From positions 30,985 through 94,984 of the IMG/VR virus record IMGVR_UViG_3300037010_001275: 64,000 bases of DNA; one strand, 5' to 3'. The notes beneath the pieces are model-generated. The model was not told the origin of the DNA and ran no database searches. It saw only the letters and a program-made list of their open reading frames with translations. The stretch is from a virus. Position 1 is the stretch's first letter. Every line of letters starts with the position of its first letter. Shown here one piece after another: positions 49,677 to 57,082 of this stretch. A program made the position numbers and the translations under genes.

Positions 49677-49724
49677 CCTGGCGTCCCAGCAGGGTACAGT
49701 CCTGGCGTCCCAGCAGGGTACAGT
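49677..49724. repeat. Exact 24-bp tandem repeat, two copies
   Basis: CCTGGCGTCCCAGCAGGGTACAGT occurs twice. Confidence 0.95.
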
Positions 49725-50024
49725 ACAAGTGTTGGGTGACACACCTTGTATCCGGTAGTGATATCCAAAAAACGAACGTCTAGCTAGTCCAACCTCTACC
49801 TGCCCTGTCGGAAACATGCTAAGGGACGAATGTGGCATGCCCTAAACAAGTTCCACATTATTCTGTTAGGTGGATCGTCTACATTCTATTTGTTAGTAAG
49901 AATTGATAATCAATTAGCCAGCTTCAAGAGATACTGAAAATCTTCTTGAAAGTCATGATAAGTGCAGAATGCTTTCAGTTGTAGAAGAACGGTGTAATTG
50001 TCACATTTCTTCTTTTATCGTGAG

Positions 50025-50231
50025 TCATGGCGCTGGAATCCCAAATAGAATCCCACTGCCATGACTCACAAAAACTTCCGTCCTACGGCGATCACGGCTT
50101 AGTTTGCGCTCGGAGCGGATGTGGACCTGATGCCCCTTGCAGACAAGCATCTGGTTCAACTTGGAGGCGCGAGGCTTGGCGGCGATCTTCACAATCAGGG
50201 TTTGCTTTTTCTTTTTCATAATGAGCTCCAT
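50025..50231 (-). CDS. Small very basic hypothetical protein
   Basis: K/R-rich ORF; GGAG precedes the MKKKK start. Confidence 0.5.
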   Translation of the reverse strand: MELIMKKKKQTLIVKIAAKPRASKLNQMLVCKGHQVHIRSERKLSRDRRRTEVFVSHGSGILFGIPAP

Positions 50232-50329
50232 GGTTACTTAGCGATGATAAAAAAAAAATATTTCTGATGCTAATAAAGAAGAAGAGGGGACCGACTTATA
50301 TCGGTCCCTTCGTTCAACACGCTATTTCG

Positions 50330-51010
50330 TTAAGAACATTTCGAATCACCACAGCTGAGACAGGTCATACAGTTGTCCATCGGGATCATTGCCTTAGTCT
50401 GGCAGGACGGGCAGACGACGGCGTTCTTCGGGTAGCCGGTGTGGTTGTCGTTCGTGTCGCCGGTCTTGGCGATGTACTCTTCCCTCTTATTCTTTAGATA
50501 CTCGACAACGAACTCGTCATGCTGCACGGTCTCAATGATGCCAAGGCTCTTAAAGTGCTCGCGAATCGCGAATAGACTGATTTCAGCAACCAATGACGGG
50601 ACGTGACGACCGCCTTTGGCGATGTAGCCGCTGCCGCCGGGGGTCATGATGCACTCGAGCTCCTCGAGGATGAACTTAAGGTCACCGCCGCGACGGAAAC
50701 AGGCTGAGATCATCCGGGTCAGCGCGGTAATCCACTCGTAGTGTGTGGAGTCTTTGCTGTAGACGAAGATTTCAAAGGGCTGGCGGGAGCCGTCATCATT
50801 GATGATGTCATTGATTGTCACGTACATCGCTGCCTTTGCCAGCGGGCTCTTCAGCTTATATGTGACACCGGCAAGGCGCTCAGGGCGCTTGATCTCGCCG
50901 ACGGTTGGCTTGACGACTTCGACCTTCGCCTCAATCTGCTCCGCCTTCTTATCGATGACCTTGTAACCGACGATCTTGCCGGTGATTTGCACGGTTTGAT
51001 TTTCGTTCAT
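50330..51010 (-). CDS. nrdJb: Class II ribonucleotide reductase small subunit NrdJb (TSCPD domain plus Zn ribbon)
   Basis: RPERLAGVTYKLKSP, YVTIND, PFEIF and C-terminal CPSC...CMTCLSCGDSKCS. Confidence 0.85.
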   Translation of the reverse strand: MNENQTVQITGKIVGYKVIDKKAEQIEAKVEVVKPTVGEIKRPERLAGVTYKLKSPLAKAAMYVTINDIINDDGSRQPFEIFVYSKDSTHYEWITALTRMISACFRRGGDLKFILEELECIMTPGGSGYIAKGGRHVPSLVAEISLFAIREHFKSLGIIETVQHDEFVVEYLKNKREEYIAKTGDTNDNHTGYPKNAVVCPSCQTKAMIPMDNCMTCLSCGDSKCS

Positions 51011-51020
51011 GAATTCCTCG

Positions 51021-51377
51021 TTAAAGAATGTTGTTGACGAAGCGGCAAAACAGATCCTCGACATCGAGGATCTCTCCCATGTATTCCACCTTGCGCTTCG
51101 GGTATAGAATGTACTGGTCGTAGCGAGACCGAACAATGATCTTGTACGGGATCTCTCTATCCTCGTTGTGGTTCAACGAGTCATGCTCGCTGATGCGGAC
51201 AAGCTCGACGGCCTCCAGCTCGTTGTTGATTTTCTTTGGAGCATCGATGTCGAGCCGATGATAGTACCCACTACCACGCTGAGCATGTTTCTTAGTTGCT
51301 TCTTGGTCAGTTGATTCCAAACTTTTCTCCTGAGATGAAGGGAGGCGGGTGAACCCGCCTCTCTGACACTTGAGCAT
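51021..51377 (-). CDS. Hypothetical protein between nrdJa and nrdJb (true start probably TTG near 51320)
   Basis: ORF with AGGAG RBS downstream of a hairpin. Confidence 0.5.
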   Translation of the reverse strand: MLKCQRGGFTRLPSSQEKSLESTDQEATKKHAQRGSGYYHRLDIDAPKKINNELEAVELVRISEHDSLNHNEDREIPYKIIVRSRYDQYILYPKRKVEYMGEILDVEDLFCRFVNNIL

Positions 51378-52591
51378 CAGAACTTGCCGTAATATCCTTC
51401 CTTGAGGGCCTCAAATAAATTCGCGGCAGTAGCGACGTTGCCGTCGTACTCCACATTGTCGCTGCCCCGTAGACGGAAGGTCTGGCCGTCCTCAGTCGTG
51501 AATTCGTACTCGGTGGCGTCAAGATCTTCCTTCTTGACCAAAACGCCCTGGAACGCTTCAGGGTTAAATCTGAACGTTGTGCAGCCCTTTAGGCCGCTGT
51601 CGTATGCTGCCATGTAGATGTCTTGAAATTGCTCGAACGAGTAGTCTGTCGGGACATTGATCGTCTTACTGATAGAGGAATCGATCCACTTTTGAGCGGC
51701 GGCCTGTACCTTGACATGATCGAATGGATCAATATCGTCGGCGGCACCCCACTCTGGGCGCTCACGCAGTTCTGCGAGCAGCTTGTCGTCATCGATTGGA
51801 TCTATGATGATCTTCCCGTCAGTAAGGGCACCGGAGGCGTACAGCTCGCGGTACAACATGTACTCGTAGGAGTACACGGACTTCTGGACCTTCGTCTTTT
51901 CACCCGTAACGATGACATTGCGCAGGTAGAAGTGCGAGAAAGACGGCTCGATACCGTTGGAGGCGTTGTTACCGAACGACAAAGCAAGTGTGCCAGTCGG
52001 GGCGATCGATGTGGCATGCGAGAAACGGGAACCATGAACGGAGATTTCACGCAGCAGATCAGCCAGCTCCTCATCATTCCACCAGTCTTTGAAATAGCTA
52101 GACATCACGAAGAGCTTGGAACCCTTTATGGTTTCTCCAAGTTGCACTTTGCCATGCTCGACAGCGAGACGCAGCGACTCGTTCCTAGCGGTCAGTTCCT
52201 CGGTCACGACAAAGTCCTCGGAGAATACTGGGGCAGCGCCACGCTTCTTGGCTAAATCAAGGCCGGTGCGGAAATTGTTGATGGCAAGAGCGCGGGTGAT
52301 CTTATCCGTCAGGTTAACGGAAGCGTCGGAGCCGTAGCGGACGCCGAGCATGATCATCGCGGAGCCAAGGCCGAGGTAGCCCATACCGTGACGGCGCTTG
52401 CGATGAATCTCATCACGCTGTTCCTCGAGCGGCAGGCCATTGATTTCAACGACGTTATCCAGCATCCGAGCGAACAATTGAACATTCTTCTCGAACGCCT
52501 CAAAGTCGAAGTAAGCGTCAGGCGTGAACGGATTGCGAACGTAATATGTCAGGTTCACGGATCCGAGCAGACAGGATCCATTAGGCGGTAA
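51377..52591 (-). CDS. nrdJa: Class II (B12-dependent) RNR NrdJa, exon 2
   Basis: LPPNGSCLLGS, HGMGYLGLG, SIAPTGT, GIEP, DSSISKTINVP, GLKGCTTFR; ends LKEGYYGKF. Confidence 0.92.
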   Translation of the reverse strand, partial: LPPNGSCLLGSVNLTYYVRNPFTPDAYFDFEAFEKNVQLFARMLDNVVEINGLPLEEQRDEIHRKRRHGMGYLGLGSAMIMLGVRYGSDASVNLTDKITRALAINNFRTGLDLAKKRGAAPVFSEDFVVTEELTARNESLRLAVEHGKVQLGETIKGSKLFVMSSYFKDWWNDEELADLLREISVHGSRFSHATSIAPTGTLALSFGNNASNGIEPSFSHFYLRNVIVTGEKTKVQKSVYSYEYMLYRELYASGALTDGKIIIDPIDDDKLLAELRERPEWGAADDIDPFDHVKVQAAAQKWIDSSISKTINVPTDYSFEQFQDIYMAAYDSGLKGCTTFRFNPEAFQGVLVKKEDLDATEYEFTTEDGQTFRLRGSDNVEYDGNVATAANLFEALKEGYYGKF

Positions 52592-54153
52592 CACTAAATC
52601 CAGACAGTTTCCCGTCCAGGTGGATTATATCTTAGCGGGGTCGCCGCTGCTTCCGTTTGCTAGTACTTCATTGCGTTTGATGGGTATACCGAGCGGGCAA
52701 GGGGAAGAACACTCCTTGCCACACAGATTAAAGGTTGCCAAAGCGGCACTCCAGTAAACCTGTAGACAGCACTTGTAATGCATTGACTTTGGAATTAGGT
52801 CCTTGAAGGGAACTACGAATTTGGAGAGGAAAAGCGTCACCTGTTCCATGCTCTGTAATGCCAAGCGGTAACTCACATTCCCCAGAAACTTATCGTACCC
52901 AAAGCCGTGAGACATTATTTTCTTTATGATGAAGGAGATTCCCCACCTTTCTCGAAACAGTTCTACCAACAGTTCGTTCTCATCTAAAGTAAAATTATCT
53001 GTGCAAAGTTCGATTGTGTTATTACGAAATCTATCTTTTTTATTTATAGGTAACGTCCCGTCGTCGAGAAACCAAAGGAAGACAGACTCCTCCGACATCT
53101 TATCAAACCATTCTTTTTTCACAATCTTTCTGCCATTTGAGTCGAGCATCAGTTCCTTCAACCGGTCAAAATACTTAGAAGAGAGAAACGATGACGAATA
53201 GACATTAGTGAAGAATGTCTTCCCTGATGTATGATTGATCCTTCTCGGCTTTATAGCTTCCGGGCCGGGGCTTTGTGGAAAGATAGCATTCAAAAGACGC
53301 ACCTTCAATGTCAGATAGTCTAGATTGTCGTTTTTATGTTCGAGCTTTATGCGTGGCGATCGACCATCGATATGACCGTTACCGAGTACCATCCCAATCA
53401 GGATTGCAATGTTTGCGTCTCGGTCGTTAGTCTTTTCAACACCGCAGTGCTTTGCCATTACTACCACTCTCATTTCGTGATACGTTCTGACCCCATACTT
53501 AGCGTAAATCAGCTCTCGACGACTTTGACCAATGCGAAACGCCCGGTAGAACGATTCTTGTGTTGGGTGGTTGATCACCGCCGATTCTATCTTTTCCATC
53601 GAAAGAAAAGTTTCATCTAAATAGTCATGAAATCTCATGCCATATAAACGTTTGAAGAGATTACTGAACGAGGCAGAGTCAATACTCTTAAATTCTAAAC
53701 AAAATTCTCGACATAACGACGCTTCAAGATCCTGAATATTTGTGGTAGACGCTAAACGTTCATCTATGAATTTCCGGTACAAAGAGTCTTTTAGATCGTT
53801 CAGACCAAACCCAAATAGGCTTTTAAGCTCTCTTTTCCTTAGATGTTCGAAATCCATCTGCAGCTTTTCAGCTATTTCCTTCAGACCGTCTCCTTCTTTA
53901 ATGAAAGAGATGATTTTTTCTTTGGTATCCATCATTATCCTCTCGCACACGCGATACTGAAAAAGTACTATTTAATCTCTGAACGTTCCTCTATTTGAGG
54001 CTTCGCTGCTGATTGCCCAATCCAACCCGTTCTCTAGCATTCGCGCTTAGGCTTATTTCATCCTTACGCTGTAGCCGGGGAGGCTCTAAGGGGTTTCCAG
54101 CAATTAGAAAGCTTTATACAGCCCTTACTTCACCAAACTATGAAGAATTTTTA
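52592..54153 (-). mobile_element. Group I intron (1562 nt) in nrdJa
   Basis: Exon CAGCCT pairs with IGS GGGCTG (U-G); TTGCTGGAAAC..CAATCAGCAG; P7 GATTA/TAATC; terminal G; splicing restores NPCGEQP|LPP. Confidence 0.92.
52625..53935 (-). CDS. Intron-encoded double-motif LAGLIDADG homing endonuclease
   Basis: LIGMVLGNGHI and LWFLDDGT motifs, LCTDNFT; AT-rich. Confidence 0.82.
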   Translation of the reverse strand: MMDTKEKIISFIKEGDGLKEIAEKLQMDFEHLRKRELKSLFGFGLNDLKDSLYRKFIDERLASTTNIQDLEASLCREFCLEFKSIDSASFSNLFKRLYGMRFHDYLDETFLSMEKIESAVINHPTQESFYRAFRIGQSRRELIYAKYGVRTYHEMRVVVMAKHCGVEKTNDRDANIAILIGMVLGNGHIDGRSPRIKLEHKNDNLDYLTLKVRLLNAIFPQSPGPEAIKPRRINHTSGKTFFTNVYSSSFLSSKYFDRLKELMLDSNGRKIVKKEWFDKMSEESVFLWFLDDGTLPINKKDRFRNNTIELCTDNFTLDENELLVELFRERWGISFIIKKIMSHGFGYDKFLGNVSYRLALQSMEQVTLFLSKFVVPFKDLIPKSMHYKCCLQVYWSAALATFNLCGKECSSPCPLGIPIKRNEVLANGSSGDPAKI

Positions 54154-55062
54154 AGGCTGTTCACCGCAGGGGTTCGTCGCACGGATGTTCTCGCAGAACC
54201 AGAGATTGTTCATGTGGTTGATTGCGTCAATCAGCAGAAAACCCGGCTCGGCAAAGTCGTAGGTTGACTTCATGATAATGGACCACAGCTCGCGAGCTGG
54301 CATCTTCTTGTCTTCGAACGGCAAGCCGTTCCACATGAAATGCCACATCTCGTCGTTCTTGACCGCCTCCATGAAGGCATTCGTGATCAAAATCGAGATG
54401 TTAAATTGACGCAGGCGGCCATCCTCACGCTTCGCCTTGATGACGTCCACGACGTCCGGGTGAGAGATATCAAAGGTAAACATCTGCGCACCACGACGGC
54501 CTCCAGCAGAGGACACTGTAAAACAAGCCTTATCGAAGACATCGGCAAAGGCCAACGGACCGTTCGTGTACGCACCAACACCGTTGACGTGAGCACCCTT
54601 CGGACGGATCGACGAGAACTCGTATCCAATACCACAGCCGTACTTCAGCGTGATCGCAGCCTTATACAACGACCCAAAGATGCCCTCCATTGAGTCTTGG
54701 ATTGTCTCGGACACAGTGCAGTTGATGGTTGACGTCTTCGGTTTGTGAGCACTGGCCCCGGCGTTCGACATGATTCGACCGGCGGGCCAGCATCCGCCGT
54801 CATGCATGGCATTATAGTACTCGGAAGCGATACGGTCGATCGTTGCATCTTGCTCATGCGCCGCATACTCGCCGCTCTTCACGCCAGTCTCGAACTCGGC
54901 CTCAGCGAGGGCTCGAGAGACGCGCTTGTAAGTGTCCGACACAGAGCCATCGATTGGCTCCTTCGTTTTGCTGTGTTTCAGGCAGTATTTGCTCTCCCAG
55001 ATTTCTTGGGAGGTCTCCTGTAGGGGCAGGATTACGACTTTCTGTTCAGTTTGTTGGATCAT
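54154..55062 (-). CDS. nrdJa: Class II RNR NrdJa, exon 1
   Basis: PAGRIMSNAG, INCTV, GIGYEFSSIRP, GGRRGAQM and catalytic ATNPCGEQP. Confidence 0.92.
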
Positions 55063-55142
55063 GGAATCTCCATATAATTAATACCCGATGAGCTTTCGCT
55101 CCATCGGGCGGTTTCAAATTCCCCTTGGGAGGGGCAAACAGG

Positions 55143-55496
55143 CTACCCTACTGTTGGCTCATATAAATCATGCATAAATTTGTAAACGTCCAAAGTGCTT
55201 CCCGGTCCAGTGTTCACCTTAGCGAATCCTCCGCTTGCTTCAGGCTCGAGTTCGTTGAGGTACCACTCAGGACCAAAGAAGTTGCTTATCAGCTCAATGC
55301 CGACGGCAGCAGCCTCAACATCATCGTCGTTGATAATGCCTTGATGGGACATAACAATCGATTTGGAGTTCTCTCTAAGAGTTCCAGCGATATCTTTAGT
55401 CGATTCTCCGGAGCCAGATACGAAGACTCGAAATGTCCGCGAAAAGTTTCCAGAGCTGCTCACGCAGAAGATTAATTCTACAACTTTCTTTGACAT
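55143..55496 (-). CDS. Hypothetical protein
   Basis: AAGGA RBS. Confidence 0.6.
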   Translation of the reverse strand: MSKKVVELIFCVSSSGNFSRTFRVFVSGSGESTKDIAGTLRENSKSIVMSHQGIINDDDVEAAAVGIELISNFFGPEWYLNELEPEASGGFAKVNTGPGSTLDVYKFMHDLYEPTVG

Positions 55497-55722
55497 TCTA
55501 GTTCCTTTTCTTATCCTGTCTTTCTGGTGGATGTTTCTTAAATTTTTTTGAAGCTTTCACATTATTCTTACTTATAAACTCCTTTGTTGACGGTTTCGCG
55601 CTTTAATATTATATATATTTCTAAAATAAATATAAGGGGGTTACGATTCGTATAGATTAGAATCGTAACCCTTATTATATAAAATATTTAAAAATCGCGC
55701 GCGAGGCGATGAGAGTGGACGA

Positions 55723-56706
55723 TCACTTTACCAGCTTGCGACGCTTGGCGATGCACTCGTCGATGATCTGTTCTTTGGTCTTCCCAAGAAGCTCGAGGGA
55801 GTTCAGTGTCTCCAGTAGAGTATATTGGGCGATGGATTCCTCGAGGATCATGTCTTGTGTATAACCATCCATCCCGGCCTCCATAGCGACAGTCTTGTAG
55901 ACTTCACGAAAGACGGAAGGGGCCTTGGCGACGCGTGCCAGATTGCGATTGCTTCGCTCGGCATATTTATTTTCGGTGTAGGACTCGCGTAAGAATTCCT
56001 GCAGCTCGGCCTTTTCAGCTTCAATCTTCATTGAAGCGATAACTTTCTGCTCGACATCTTCAGTGAGTCGCTGCACGAAGGTTTCGTAAAGACCCTCAGC
56101 GAGGTTGCCAAACTGGCGCTCCTGCCCGTCGATGTCCGGGCCGAACGTGGTCAGCGTGTCCACGAAGTTCTGCACTACGAGGCTGTTCTCGACAGGTTCT
56201 CGAACCGGGCTCATGGAGCTGGCGATCGCCACGGCTAACTGACTGGCGTCAAGCTTCTCGCGGTCGCCGATGTTGAGCATACTGACGCGGGCATATTTGT
56301 CGCCAACGATCATGGAGGTCACGGGGTCCTTGGACACAAGATCCTCGGCAATTTCCAGAAGATTCATGAAGACCTTCGGCTGTTCGGCGAGCGTTGCATT
56401 CTCTTTCAGCTCCTCCTTATTGTCCATCGGCATGGCGTTGTAGGCAGCAGTGGTGATCATGATGGAGAGGCTTTCGAGGAAAGCCTTACGCTTGGCCTGG
56501 TTGGCCTCACGGCGCATCACGCTCTTCGTCTTCACGCGGTGGAAGGTGGAGCCGACCATGCCCTCGAGAAGGCTTTTGGTCTTTTCTTCTTGTTCCTTAG
56601 TGAAACCCTGAGCTTGCTCATTGAGCTCCTTTGCACAAGCTTGCATTCTGCTGGCAAGGCGAACGTTGTAGAACGGTTTGATGATTTTCTTGCTAGATTT
56701 GTCCAT
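55723..56706 (-). CDS. Putative head/core structural protein
   Basis: Many (L/F)xE motifs; late promoter at 56744-56755. Confidence 0.6.
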   Translation of the reverse strand: MDKSSKKIIKPFYNVRLASRMQACAKELNEQAQGFTKEQEEKTKSLLEGMVGSTFHRVKTKSVMRREANQAKRKAFLESLSIMITTAAYNAMPMDNKEELKENATLAEQPKVFMNLLEIAEDLVSKDPVTSMIVGDKYARVSMLNIGDREKLDASQLAVAIASSMSPVREPVENSLVVQNFVDTLTTFGPDIDGQERQFGNLAEGLYETFVQRLTEDVEQKVIASMKIEAEKAELQEFLRESYTENKYAERSNRNLARVAKAPSVFREVYKTVAMEAGMDGYTQDMILEESIAQYTLLETLNSLELLGKTKEQIIDECIAKRRKLVK

Positions 56707-56848
56707 GGTTAGTTCCTTGGCGTTTTAGTGAGGTTGGAAATACTATGAAGCTGTTCCAGGCCCATAAAAAAAAAAGACCCGTGCTGGCGTCTTTGAAACA
56801 AGATGCGTTCTGTTGTTTAGAGTCCGCTTACGCTGGCGGACGTTTGGT

Positions 56849-56956
56849 TTAGGAGATAAATCTAATAATAACTACTTCACCCGCGTCGCGAGCCGCGAGT
56901 GCTGCGCTTAAAGACATGACTCCTATACTGGTCATGACCATTCTCATGCTTATCAT
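56849..56956 (-). CDS. 35-aa hydrophobic peptide (not in ORF track)
   Basis: GGAG RBS; MISMRMVMTSIGVMSLSAALAARDAGEVVIIRFIS; own early promoter and terminator. Confidence 0.45.
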   Translation of the reverse strand: MISMRMVMTSIGVMSLSAALAARDAGEVVIIRFIS

Positions 56957-57015
56957 TTTCAATCTCCGGAGAAAGTTAAGGGACGATGGAACGATCAACT
57001 TCCATCACTAAAATA

Positions 57016-57042
57016 ATATACCCACATGATAGGGATAGATAC
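57016..57042 (-). promoter_or_regulatory. Early-type promoter GTATCT-N15-GTATAT
   Basis: Exact motif match. Confidence 0.7.
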
Positions 57043-57082
57043 GGGAAAGCCCATAGACCATGACGGTCTATGGGCATCCTCG

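Noticed and set aside
49500-49730. CRISPR mini-array
   Set aside because: Units are short, degenerate and alternate between two types, with no unique 30-40 nt spacers; no cas genes in the window.
52592-54153. Intein in nrdJa
   Set aside because: An in-frame stop directly after exon 1 and clear group I core elements indicate an RNA intron.
65-56775. Many A9-A11 homopolymers as phase-variation tracts
   Set aside because: They are intergenic and mostly abut hairpins, so they are best explained as intrinsic terminator U tails.
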